From Collinsella sp. (GTDB lineage Bacteria > Actinomycetota > Coriobacteriia > Coriobacteriales > Coriobacteriaceae): 64,000 nt of DNA. The number at the start of each line of letters is the position of its first letter. The stretch's first letter is position 1. The notes beneath the pieces were generated by a model. The model was given only the letters and a program-made list of their open reading frames with translations. It ran no database searches and was not told the DNA's origin. The stretch is from NCBI GenBank assembly GCA_019419545.1, contig DXZT01000050.1, positions 35,840 to 99,839 on the forward strand. The letters are read 5' to 3'. This document shows, piece after piece, positions 1 to 9,363 of this stretch. The translations under genes were made by a program, and so were the position numbers.

Positions 1-348
1 CGATGTCAGCGAGCGCGGTTTCGATACGCCCAGCGTGCGGCCTGGACGCGCCGCTTTAGTTCCCGTCGAGGGCTTGGGAGTTGCCATGGGACGGGCAGGC
101 TTGGCGCCCATAACAGGCTTTGACGTCACCGAGGGACGCGAGGACTTTTTTGCGGCCGGACGATTACCGAGCTGCGAGCCGACGACCGGACGACTGGCCT
201 GTCGAGCATGCCCGACAGACTTAGAGTGCGCGACGGTATTGCGTTGAGGTTTGGCAGGCGCGCCGGAACGCCCTCCGGCGCGGCGGAAGGTGGGTTTCGA
301 TGCTCTAGAAGCCGAGGAATTTAACTTCCGGTCTGAGCTCGATGCCAT
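1..348 (-). CDS. ftsQ: Cell division protein FtsQ/DivIB, N-terminal part (runs off the window edge)
   Basis: Not in the ORF track. GGGAGG RBS and ATG at 348 (inside the murB 3' end) open a stop-free frame MASSSDRKLNSSASRASKPTFRRAGGRSGAPAKPQ... to base 1. Identity comes only from its position after murB. Confidence 0.65.
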   Translation of the reverse strand, partial: MASSSDRKLNSSASRASKPTFRRAGGRSGAPAKPQRNTVAHSKSVGHARQASRPVVGSQLGNRPAAKKSSRPSVTSKPVMGAKPARPMATPKPSTGTKAARPGRTLGVSKPRSLTS

Positions 349-1216
349 ACGCCTCCCTCACCTTTCCGTGCACATGTCTGATAACCGCGGCAACGTCATC
401 GGCCGAGGCAGTTCCGTTATTAACGATAAAATTAGCGTGAACGGGCGAAACTTCCGCGCCGCCAATTGAAAAACCCTTTAATCCACAATCCTCGATAAGC
501 TTGCCCACACTCGCATCGGGCGGGTTGCGAAAGACCGACCCGCAGGATGCGCGACCCATGGGCTGCGTACGCTTGCGCCTTGTAAGGTACCGCTCCATGC
601 GCTCGCGAATGTCGGCCTTGGGCGCCGGTTTAAGCTTGAGCACGCACTCGAGGATGATCTCATTGCGGGGAAGGCTACATTCGCGGTAGCCCCAAGTGAT
701 CTCGGACCCCGCATAATGCTTGATACCGGATGCCGGGTCAAACGTTACGACATCCTCAACCAGCGAGCCAATCCACTCGGTCCGCGTGCCGGCATTCATA
801 GATATCGCACCGCCGACCGAACCAGGAATGCCAACGGCAAACTCAAGGCCCGAGAGGCTACGCGACAGGGCATCGTTGACCAGGCGCGCAAACATCACGC
901 CCGCACCGACCGTCAGCGTACAACCGTCATCGGCAACAACCGTGCGCTGAAACTCACGTCCGAGCGAAATGACGGCACCGCGATAACCGCCATCGGCAAC
1001 CAGCAGATTGGAGCCCTTGCCGATGATGACCCACGGCACCTGCTCGCGATCGAGCACCGCCACGGCGCGGCGGAGGGCATGATAGCTATGGCACGTCACA
1101 AAGAGGTCGGCCTTGCCGCCGATACGATAGCTCGTATGACGCGCAAGGCGCTCGTCCTCGATCACATCCGTGTCGATCATGCCCGAGAGCGCCATGACGG
1201 CGTTAAACAGACCCAT
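305..1216 (-). CDS. murB: UDP-N-acetylenolpyruvoylglucosamine reductase
   Basis: HTSYRIGGKAD, GKGSNLL, GIPGSVGGAISMNAG, SCGSVFRNP, HANFIVN motifs. Confidence 0.97.
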   Translation of the reverse strand: MGLFNAVMALSGMIDTDVIEDERLARHTSYRIGGKADLFVTCHSYHALRRAVAVLDREQVPWVIIGKGSNLLVADGGYRGAVISLGREFQRTVVADDGCTLTVGAGVMFARLVNDALSRSLSGLEFAVGIPGSVGGAISMNAGTRTEWIGSLVEDVVTFDPASGIKHYAGSEITWGYRECSLPRNEIILECVLKLKPAPKADIRERMERYLTRRKRTQPMGRASCGSVFRNPPDASVGKLIEDCGLKGFSIGGAEVSPVHANFIVNNGTASADDVAAVIRHVHGKVREAYGIELRPEVKFLGF

Positions 1217-1221
1217 TAGAC

Positions 1222-2640
1222 TTAAGCGTCTTTCTTGGCAGTCAGATACTCAATGAACTCGGGACCGACGGTCGTAACGTCGCCGGCACCCATGGTGAGC
1301 AGCAGGTCGCCCTCGCCCACCATCTGCTCGAGCTCCTGATTGAGCTCAAGACGGCTGGAGCAGTACACGACCTCCTTGCCAGGATGCTTGGCGCGCACGG
1401 TATCGGCGAGCATCTTAGAGGTGACACCCGGAATGGGCATCTCGCCAGCCGAGAACACATCAATCAGCAGCAGTTTATCGGCATTGGCAAATGCATCGGC
1501 AAAGTCGTCGCACAGGGCCTGCAGGCGCGAATAGCGGTGCGGCTGGAACACGACGTCGACGTGCTTGTAGCCCAGCGACGAAGCGGCGGCAAGCGTCGCC
1601 TTGATCTCGGTGGGGTGATGGCCGTAATCATCGACCACGGTGATGCCATCGATATCGCCCACGTGGGTAAAGCGACGGCGGACGCCCTCAAAGCTCGAGA
1701 GCGCCTTGGCGGCGGCGTCGATGTCAAGGCCCAGGACATGGGCGACGGTGAGCACGGCCGTGGCGTTGAGCATGTTGTGGCGACCGGGATTGCTCTTGAT
1801 CTCCACAGCGTGCTCAGTGCCGTCCTCAAAGCGAACGATAAAGTCACTCTGGATGCCCTTGACATCCGGGTGCACGCAGACGATGTCGTTGCTCTCGGCA
1901 AAGCCGTAGGAAAGCACGTGACGGCCCGTCGACTTGGCGAGCTCGACCAGATGCGGGTCCTCGCCGCAGACGATGACGGTGCCGTCCTCGCCCACCAGGC
2001 TCATGAATTTGGCGAAAGTTGCCTCGATCTCCTCGATACCCGAGTAGTGATCGAGGTGGTCGGCCTCGACGTTGGTCACAATGACCACGTTGGGGTTCAG
2101 GAACAGGAAGGAGCTGTCGGACTCGTCGGCCTCGGCGACAAAGTAGTCGCCCGAGCCGTTCTTGCCGTTCGTGTCATAGCCCTCGACGATGCCGCCGATC
2201 AAGAAACTCGGATCCAGACCCATGCGGTCGAGCATAGTGGCGCACATCGAAGACGTGGTGGTCTTGCCATGCGTGCCGGCAACAGCGACGGTGGTGTAGC
2301 CGTGGCCCAAAGCAGAGAGCATCTTGGCACGGGGCCACACGGGAATACCAAGCTCGCGAGCGCGAACGAGCTCAGGGTTGGACTCCGGAATAGCGGTGGA
2401 GACAACAACCACGTCGGGCTTGACCTCGTCGATCGTGGCTGCCTCATGGCCCACGTGCACCTTCACACCAGCGCGGGTAAGCTGGCGGATATAACGTGAC
2501 GTCTTAAGGTCGGAGCCGGTAACGGCATAACCGCGCTCGTGCAGAACGAGGGCGATGCCGCTCATGCCGGCGCCGCCGATACCGATAAAGTGGGCGCTCT
2601 TAAACTCGGGCGCGGAGGTTGCAGTCTGGGAATCAGCCAT
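1222..2640 (-). CDS. murC: UDP-N-acetylmuramate--L-alanine ligase
   Basis: HFIGIGGAGMSG, GTHGKTTTS, EADESD, DDYGHHPTE, FQPHRYSR; AAGGAG RBS before the ATG at 2640. Confidence 0.97.
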   Translation of the reverse strand: MADSQTATSAPEFKSAHFIGIGGAGMSGIALVLHERGYAVTGSDLKTSRYIRQLTRAGVKVHVGHEAATIDEVKPDVVVVSTAIPESNPELVRARELGIPVWPRAKMLSALGHGYTTVAVAGTHGKTTTSSMCATMLDRMGLDPSFLIGGIVEGYDTNGKNGSGDYFVAEADESDSSFLFLNPNVVIVTNVEADHLDHYSGIEEIEATFAKFMSLVGEDGTVIVCGEDPHLVELAKSTGRHVLSYGFAESNDIVCVHPDVKGIQSDFIVRFEDGTEHAVEIKSNPGRHNMLNATAVLTVAHVLGLDIDAAAKALSSFEGVRRRFTHVGDIDGITVVDDYGHHPTEIKATLAAASSLGYKHVDVVFQPHRYSRLQALCDDFADAFANADKLLLIDVFSAGEMPIPGVTSKMLADTVRAKHPGKEVVYCSSRLELNQELEQMVGEGDLLLTMGAGDVTTVGPEFIEYLTAKKDA

Positions 2641-2737
2641 GTGCTCGTGTACTCCTTGCGTAAACACTGCCTGTAACCCGTTAACTGTACCGCACCTACC
2701 GCATCAGCGCGAGGGCGACCGACGATATCCCGTCTAA

Positions 2738-3853
2738 CTAACGCAAACCCTCTACCGCATCGGCCAGAAGAGCGGCGGCCCTATCCTGAGCCAGACCACG
2801 CGCCGCCTGACGCATGACGTCGCGCTCTGCCGCGTCATCGACCAGGTGCAGCAGCTCATCGGCAAAGGCAGAACCGTCGATATCGGCATCGGCACAGAGC
2901 ACGCCGGCCCCGGCGTCGACCAGATAACGGGCATTGGTGGTTTGGTGGTCGGCCGTCGCATGCGGATACGGCACGAGTATCGAGGGCACGGCGAGCGCAG
3001 CGATCTCGGCCACGCTCGATGCACCCGAACGCGAGAGCACCAAATCGGCAGCAGCCAGCATATCGCCCATGTTGTCGATGTAAGGCTGGACGCGGTAACG
3101 CTTCGCCTCCTCGGGCGTCAGCGCCAAAGCGCGCTCGGTCTCCTCAAAGCCGTCGGCACCCGTCGAATGCAACACATAGAGGTTCTTGCGCGAAAGCAGC
3201 TCGTTTTTGAGCGAAACCGCGCGCTCGTTGAGGTGCTGGGCGCCAAGTGAACCGCCAAAGACGAGCAGCAGCGTAGCGTCCTCGGGAACGCCAAGTGCCT
3301 TGCGGCCGCGAGCGCGATCGCCCTCGATCACCGAGCGACGTACGGGGTTGCCGGTCATGAGCACGTGGTCAGGGTCACCTTCGCGCTCAAAGATCGAGCG
3401 CGCTGCCGGCACCGAGATGCACACGCGAGCGGCGTGGGAGTTCATCATCTTGTTGGCCAGGCCCGGAACAGAGTTCTGCTCATGTAGCAGATACGGAACG
3501 CCTGCGCCCTTGCACCACCCCAGCAGCGGAGCCTCGACATAGGCACCAAAACCGATGGCAGCATCGGGCTTGCCGACCTTTGAGAAATGACTGGCGAGCG
3601 CACGCTTGGCCTTGTTGACACGCCACAGCGAGGTCAGCGCCGTCCAGGGACGGGAGCGGTCGAAGCCCGTGACCGTAATGGGCACAAAATCAAACCCAGC
3701 CTCGGGGACCAGACGACCCTCGAGCTTGCGCGACTGGCCCACGAACACAACGTGGTGGCCACGGTCATGCAGCTCCTCGGCCAAAGCGAGCGCGGGGTTA
3801 ATGTGTCCTGCCGTGCCGCCGGCTGCAATAGCAACGGTCATCTTATCGGTCAT
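2738..3853 (-). CDS. murG: Lipid II GlcNAc transferase
   Basis: GGTAGHINPA, HEQNSVPGLAN, GNPVR, FGGSLGA, SRSGASSVAE, HQTTNA. Confidence 0.97.
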   Translation of the reverse strand: MTDKMTVAIAAGGTAGHINPALALAEELHDRGHHVVFVGQSRKLEGRLVPEAGFDFVPITVTGFDRSRPWTALTSLWRVNKAKRALASHFSKVGKPDAAIGFGAYVEAPLLGWCKGAGVPYLLHEQNSVPGLANKMMNSHAARVCISVPAARSIFEREGDPDHVLMTGNPVRRSVIEGDRARGRKALGVPEDATLLLVFGGSLGAQHLNERAVSLKNELLSRKNLYVLHSTGADGFEETERALALTPEEAKRYRVQPYIDNMGDMLAAADLVLSRSGASSVAEIAALAVPSILVPYPHATADHQTTNARYLVDAGAGVLCADADIDGSAFADELLHLVDDAAERDVMRQAARGLAQDRAAALLADAVEGLR

Positions 3854-5369
3854 GGTAGTCCCTTCGTACACGCGGTCCCTGGTCGTCGGTGCGCAAACGC
3901 GCCGACGGGTCCGAGTTCAAATCGATTCGATTATATCCGCCGCCCGCGCTGCGAGGGCTGGGGCGCTGCGGACGACCTTGCGGCGCCGTCCGCGGACGTG
4001 GACGAGCTGCCGGCTCGGTCGCAGAGCCATCCAGAACGGTAAAGCCGCTACGCGAAGGTCGTTCACCGCGCACATGGGCCACGCCGGCGGTGCTCTCGTC
4101 CATAACGGCAAAGCTCTCACGGCGGCGGTCATACTCATCGCGGCGGGCGCTCTCGTACGAAACGCGCAGAATCAACCCGGCAAGCATAAGCGACACGATA
4201 ATCGACGAACCGCCGTAGCTAATAAACGGCAACGGTTTGCCCGTCATGGGAAACACGTTGAGGATGCCAAGCGCGTTAATCAAAAACTGCACCGCGAGAA
4301 TGACCGCGGAGCCAGACGCCATAAGCGCGCCCCGACGATCGGTCGCCTGCTCGGCAATGCGAAACGCCGAGTAGATCAGCATCGCAAACACCAAGAAGAA
4401 CAGCACGGTTCCGACAAAGCCGACTTCCTCGCCAATGATGGCCAGGATGTAGTCATTGTGCGCCTCGGGCAGATACGAGTACTTCATGGTTGAGTTGCCG
4501 ATGCCACGGCCGAACAGACCGCCCGAGGCAAAGGCCATGATGGCAAGCGTGGCCTGATAGCCGTCACCATACTCATCAGCCCAAGGGTTCAAGGCAACCT
4601 GAATACGCACCATACGGTACGGCTCTGCGACAAGCGCAATCACGATCACGAGAATGCCGAAGATTAGCACGCCGATGATAAATCTCGGGTCGAGACCCGC
4701 AAACAACGCCATGCACATGAGGGTCAACAGGATGATCAGGACAGTACCGAAATCGGGCTGGATAAAGATCAGAAAGAGCGAAATACCCAGGTAGATGCCC
4801 ATCTTGCGAAGGAATTCGTTGATGTTGCCACCGGGCGAAAAGAAGCGATCAAGCATGATGGCCGAATACGCAATGGCAAATGGCTTTAAAAACTCGGAAG
4901 GCTGGAACTGAATACCGGCGATGTTGAGCCAGCGCGTGGCGCCACGGCTGCCGCTGCCCACCAAGAACACCAGAAACAGTAGCCCTATCATGCCGATAAG
5001 GAAGATCCTAAGCACATCCTCCCCAAACCAGCTGTCCGGCAAAACGCGCACGATGGCAATCAGCGCCAGAACACCAACCACGGCAAACGCGGCCTGTCGA
5101 CCCAGGAAAAACGTCGCCGAGCCATTCTCGTGCAGCGCCTCGACCGAAGACGCCGAGTACACCATCAGCAGACCAAAGCACACCAAAGTAAACAGGCAGG
5201 CCATAAATATCAGACGGGGGCGCATGATGCGGGCGGGAACGCCGGCAATATAGCGTTCGCTAAACGACTGCCCGCCGCGACCGGAACGCGGTGTGCTGCG
5301 CCGCGAGGAAGCACGGTCCGAGTCGGGCCTCCTCATACCTTGTCGGGGGCTCTCCTCTCTCACCGGCAA
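3843..5369 (-). CDS. ftsW: SEDS peptidoglycan polymerase FtsW (start TTG 5369 or ATG 5336)
   Basis: GLLMVYSASS, GATRW, QPSEFLK, QPDFGT, YLPEAHNDYI, LPFISYGGSS; multiple TM helices. Confidence 0.95.
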   Translation of the reverse strand: MPVREESPRQGMRRPDSDRASSRRSTPRSGRGGQSFSERYIAGVPARIMRPRLIFMACLFTLVCFGLLMVYSASSVEALHENGSATFFLGRQAAFAVVGVLALIAIVRVLPDSWFGEDVLRIFLIGMIGLLFLVFLVGSGSRGATRWLNIAGIQFQPSEFLKPFAIAYSAIMLDRFFSPGGNINEFLRKMGIYLGISLFLIFIQPDFGTVLIILLTLMCMALFAGLDPRFIIGVLIFGILVIVIALVAEPYRMVRIQVALNPWADEYGDGYQATLAIMAFASGGLFGRGIGNSTMKYSYLPEAHNDYILAIIGEEVGFVGTVLFFLVFAMLIYSAFRIAEQATDRRGALMASGSAVILAVQFLINALGILNVFPMTGKPLPFISYGGSSIIVSLMLAGLILRVSYESARRDEYDRRRESFAVMDESTAGVAHVRGERPSRSGFTVLDGSATEPAARPRPRTAPQGRPQRPSPRSAGGGYNRIDLNSDPSARLRTDDQGPRVRRDYHDR

Positions 5370-5372
5370 CCC

Positions 5373-6779
5373 CTATTCCATTTGCGATTTCGCTGCAGCG
5401 GCAAGCTGAGCCACGTAGTCCTTAAACACGCGGCCGCGCTCCTCATAGCCCGAGAACTCATCGAACGAAGAGCAGGCAGGAGAAAGTAAGATCACGTCGC
5501 CACGGCTCGACAGCGAACGGGCAACGTCCACGGCATCGCGTAGGTCATCCGCTTGGGCGATATCCACATCGCCATCGACATCGGCCTCGTCCATAGCGGC
5601 GGTAAAGCGCTCGCGCGCATCGCCAAAGCAGACGACCGAGCGCACGTTATCCATAACGACGCGCGCGAAGTCCGTGAGCGGCGTGCCCTTATCGTGGCCG
5701 CCGAGCAGCAAGATCACGTTGTCATCGGGAAATGCCGTCAGCGCCTTCTCGACCGCGTCGGTGTTGGTCGCCTTGGAATCGTTGACGTAGCGCACGCCGT
5801 CAATCTCGCCGCACGGCTCCACGCGGTGCTCGAGCGGCTGGAACGAGGCCAGACCGCGGCAGACACCATCGACATCGGCACCGACTGCCAGGGCAGCCGT
5901 GGCAGCGCACAGGGCATTGATAACATTGTGATGGCCCGAGATCTTGAGTTCGGACGTGGCGACAAGCTGAGTCTCGACGCCCTTCAGGCGCACGACCATT
6001 TTGCCGTCGCGCACAAAGGCGGCGTCTGCACCCTCGGGCTCGTCAAAAGCGACCTTGCAGATGCGACGACCCGGCGTGTAGATGTACTCATCGAACTCGT
6101 GAATGCCGGCGTCTTCGACGTCGACGACCACCAGATCGTCATCGACCATATTGTCAAACAGTTTGATCTTGGCAAGCGCATAGTTCTTATGGCTCTTATG
6201 CCAGCCCAAGTGGTCGGGAGTGATGTTGAGCAGCACCGCCACGCGAGGGTGGAGCTCGGTGGTCGTAGCAATCTGATAGCTCGAGAGCTCAGCCACAAAC
6301 CACTCGTTGTGGGCTCGGCCGTCAATCTCGTTGATAGGCGGCTCGCCGATGTTGCCGACAGCTACACTGGCCTCACCGGAAGCCTTGAGCAGATAATCGG
6401 TCAGCGACGTGGTGGTCGTCTTGCCGTTGGTGCCCGTGATGGCAATCCAGTTATCGGGCGACAGGCGATAGGCAAACTCGGGCTCACCCATAATCTGGGC
6501 GGCATGCTCGCGCCCGGCCTTAAAGAAGCCCGAGAACTCCGAGATGCCCGGGCACGTCACGCATACGTCATAGGCGCCCTCGACCTGTTCGGTCCCATAG
6601 ACAAACGACGCACCGGCAGCCTCGAGCGCACGCGTGGCGTCATTGGGCTCAGAGGTGCCGCCGCCATACACGGTAACGGCGCTTACGCGCTCGGGATGTG
6701 CCAGCGCCCAGCGGGCGACATCGAGACCGGATTTGCCCTGACCCAAAACGAGCAGGCTAAAGACATCAGCAAGAGGCAT
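5373..6779 (-). CDS. murD: UDP-MurNAc-L-Ala--D-glutamate ligase
   Basis: AITGTNGKTTTT, ELSSYQ, LNITPDHL, NDSKATN, LSPACSSFDEF. Confidence 0.97.
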   Translation of the reverse strand: MPLADVFSLLVLGQGKSGLDVARWALAHPERVSAVTVYGGGTSEPNDATRALEAAGASFVYGTEQVEGAYDVCVTCPGISEFSGFFKAGREHAAQIMGEPEFAYRLSPDNWIAITGTNGKTTTTSLTDYLLKASGEASVAVGNIGEPPINEIDGRAHNEWFVAELSSYQIATTTELHPRVAVLLNITPDHLGWHKSHKNYALAKIKLFDNMVDDDLVVVDVEDAGIHEFDEYIYTPGRRICKVAFDEPEGADAAFVRDGKMVVRLKGVETQLVATSELKISGHHNVINALCAATAALAVGADVDGVCRGLASFQPLEHRVEPCGEIDGVRYVNDSKATNTDAVEKALTAFPDDNVILLLGGHDKGTPLTDFARVVMDNVRSVVCFGDARERFTAAMDEADVDGDVDIAQADDLRDAVDVARSLSSRGDVILLSPACSSFDEFSGYEERGRVFKDYVAQLAAAAKSQME

Positions 6780-6788
6780 GAAAGACCA

Positions 6789-7808
6789 CTATCCCAACTG
6801 GAAGAACAGAGCAAGGCCAACGGCACCAAAGGCCGCAGCGATAATCCAAAAACGGATGACGACCTTGGTCTCGGCCCAGCCCTTCTTTTCGAAATGATGA
6901 TGGATGGGCGCCATAAGGAAGACGCGCTTGTGCGTAAAATGGAAGTAGACAACCTGAATCATGACCGACAGGGTCTCAACGATAAACAGGCCGCCGATGA
7001 TGAGGGAGACGACCTCGGTGTTGGTCATGATGGACGTGCAGGCGAACGCGGCGCCCAGAGCAAGCGAGCCGGTATCGCCCATAAAGATGCTCGCCGGATA
7101 GCAGTTGAACCACAGAAAGCCCAAGCAGGCACCGGCACACGCGGTACAGAAGATGGACAGGTTCACGTCTCCGTGCAAAAACGCCATGGCAGCCATGGCG
7201 AGCATGGCGATCATGGAGGTGCCGCCAGCAAGACCGTCAAGGCCATCGGTCAGGTTCACGGCATTAGAAAGACCGGCAATCATCAGCCAGCAAAAGACAA
7301 TATAGAGCCACGGGAACGAATAGCCGCAGATGGTGGTCGAAAGCACGCCAAGGTCGATCGTCAACCCACCGGGAAAACGAATCTCGGGGGCGACGCCGCA
7401 CCAGTTGACGGCAAGTACCGTAAAGGTGACACAGATAATGGTTAGGCCGATCATCTTGGCATGAGGCGTCAGACCGAGCGAGCGCCCATGCGTAACGGAG
7501 GTCAGGTCGTCGATCAGGCCCAGCACGCCGGTCGCCAGCGTGGCGAGCAGTACGAGTACGAGCTCGGTGGTGAGCTTGCCCATCAGCAGGCAGGTCAGCG
7601 AGATCGCGACGAGGATGACAACGCCACCCATGGTGGGCGTTCCCTGCTTAACCAAATGACGCTTGGGGCCGTCGGCACGAACCTGCTGGCCGATACCCTC
7701 GACCTTGAGCAGCTTGATCCACCACGGCATGAGCAGCAGCGCAATGGCTGCGGCGATGCCAAGCCCCAAAAAAGCCTGATACGTTGGATACGAGGGATTG
7801 CCGAACAT
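6789..7808 (-). CDS. mraY: Phospho-N-acetylmuramoyl-pentapeptide transferase
   Basis: KQGTPTMGG, SNAVNLTDGLDGL, IFMGDTGSLALG, FLMAPIHHHFE. Confidence 0.98.
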   Translation of the reverse strand: MFGNPSYPTYQAFLGLGIAAAIALLLMPWWIKLLKVEGIGQQVRADGPKRHLVKQGTPTMGGVVILVAISLTCLLMGKLTTELVLVLLATLATGVLGLIDDLTSVTHGRSLGLTPHAKMIGLTIICVTFTVLAVNWCGVAPEIRFPGGLTIDLGVLSTTICGYSFPWLYIVFCWLMIAGLSNAVNLTDGLDGLAGGTSMIAMLAMAAMAFLHGDVNLSIFCTACAGACLGFLWFNCYPASIFMGDTGSLALGAAFACTSIMTNTEVVSLIIGGLFIVETLSVMIQVVYFHFTHKRVFLMAPIHHHFEKKGWAETKVVIRFWIIAAAFGAVGLALFFQLG

Positions 7809-7811
7809 GGG

Positions 7812-9236
7812 CTAGCACACACCTTCCACAAAGCGGTCGAGCTCAACAAAGCGGGAACCCTTGACCAGTACAACATCATGTTTTTCAAGCGCGCCGCCCA
7901 TGCGGTCGAGCACCTGCTGATAATCGGAGAACACCTGGATGCGGTCCTCGTCCATGCCCATCATGCGTGCGGCATCGGCCATAAGCTGGGCCAGCTCACC
8001 ACCCACGCACGCCAGCATGTCGAGCTTCTTGGCGGCGGCATAGGCGCCCACGAGCTCATGCATGCGAGGAGCCTCATCGCCCATCTCGCCCATCTCGCCC
8101 AGGATCGCCATGCGAGACCCCGTGCACGAAAGCGAGCACAGCAGATCGAGGCCAGCAGCCATGGATTCGGCACTGGCGTTATAGGAATCGTCAATGACGC
8201 GGGCACCGCTCTTGGCGCGCTTGATCTCCTGGCGGTGCCCGGTGATCGTGAGACCCCTAAAGGCAGCATCGATCTGCTCGGGCGTCACGCCCAGGCGATA
8301 GGCAACCGCGGCGGCCTTAACGGCATTAGGAACGGACTGCACGCCGGGGATGGCAAGCATGGTATCGACCGTCTCACCCTGGCCAAAATCGAGCGTAAAG
8401 ACCGGACGGCCCTCGTCATCAACGCGAACGTCGCGGGCACGGACCTCATCATCGTCCGAGACGCCGGCCAGCATCACGTCGATACCAGCAGGTTGGGCGA
8501 ACGTGTCGCGAATGAACGGCGTAAAGTCGTCCTCACCGCCCAAAACCAGCAGCGGCAAGAAGTCGCCGGCGGCGCACATACCCTGGACAATCTCGGCCTT
8601 AGCGCGGGCGATGTTCTCGCGGCTGCCCAAAATGCCGATGTGAGAGGTGCCGATCTTGCTCACGATGGCAAGGTTGGGATTGGCGGACTGGGACAGGCGC
8701 TCAATCTCGTGGAAATGGTTCATGCCCATCTCGAGCACCAGGACCTCGGTATCGGCCGGAGCGGAAAGCACCGTGAGCGGCATGCCGATCAGGTTATTGA
8801 AATTGCCCTTGGTGGCCCAGACGCGATAGCGCTTGGCGAGCACAGCGGCGAGCACGTCCTTGGTCGTCGTCTTGCCGATGGAACCGGTAATACCAACGAC
8901 CAGGCAGCCAAGCTCCAGGCGGTACGCGTGCGCCAAACGCAGCAGAAACTCCTCGGGATCATCGGTCAGCAAGATGGCACAGCCCCTGTCCTGCGCCAGC
9001 AAGACCAGCTCGGCCTCGGGCTCACGCGTCATCACGACGGCGCCGGCACCCGACTGGACGGCACGGGAAGCAAAATCATTGCCGTCGACGTTTTCACCGG
9101 GAAAGGCGACGAAAATCGTCCCTTCCTCGACCTGGCGCGAGTCGATAACGCACCCGCGGCATACCCGATCGGCTTCTCCCGTCACGGTTCGGGCCCCTGT
9201 TGCGGCCGCGAGGTTGTTGACGGCGATCTCTATCAT
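7812..9236 (-). CDS. murF: UDP-MurNAc-tripeptide--D-Ala-D-Ala ligase
   Basis: ITGSIGKTTTKD, NFNNLIGMPLT, LEMGMNH, DDSYNAS, VLVKGSR. Confidence 0.96.
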   Translation of the reverse strand: MIEIAVNNLAAATGARTVTGEADRVCRGCVIDSRQVEEGTIFVAFPGENVDGNDFASRAVQSGAGAVVMTREPEAELVLLAQDRGCAILLTDDPEEFLLRLAHAYRLELGCLVVGITGSIGKTTTKDVLAAVLAKRYRVWATKGNFNNLIGMPLTVLSAPADTEVLVLEMGMNHFHEIERLSQSANPNLAIVSKIGTSHIGILGSRENIARAKAEIVQGMCAAGDFLPLLVLGGEDDFTPFIRDTFAQPAGIDVMLAGVSDDDEVRARDVRVDDEGRPVFTLDFGQGETVDTMLAIPGVQSVPNAVKAAAVAYRLGVTPEQIDAAFRGLTITGHRQEIKRAKSGARVIDDSYNASAESMAAGLDLLCSLSCTGSRMAILGEMGEMGDEAPRMHELVGAYAAAKKLDMLACVGGELAQLMADAARMMGMDEDRIQVFSDYQQVLDRMGGALEKHDVVLVKGSRFVELDRFVEGVC

Positions 9237-9363
9237 TGCAGCTCCCCTGTAAACCTAATAATGCTATCGGCGTATTGTATCCCAGCGCCGCGCATGCGTG
9301 GTGCAGGGCATGTGAACACCCCTCATATGGGACAACAAACCACGCCCCAAAGAGTGTAACCCC

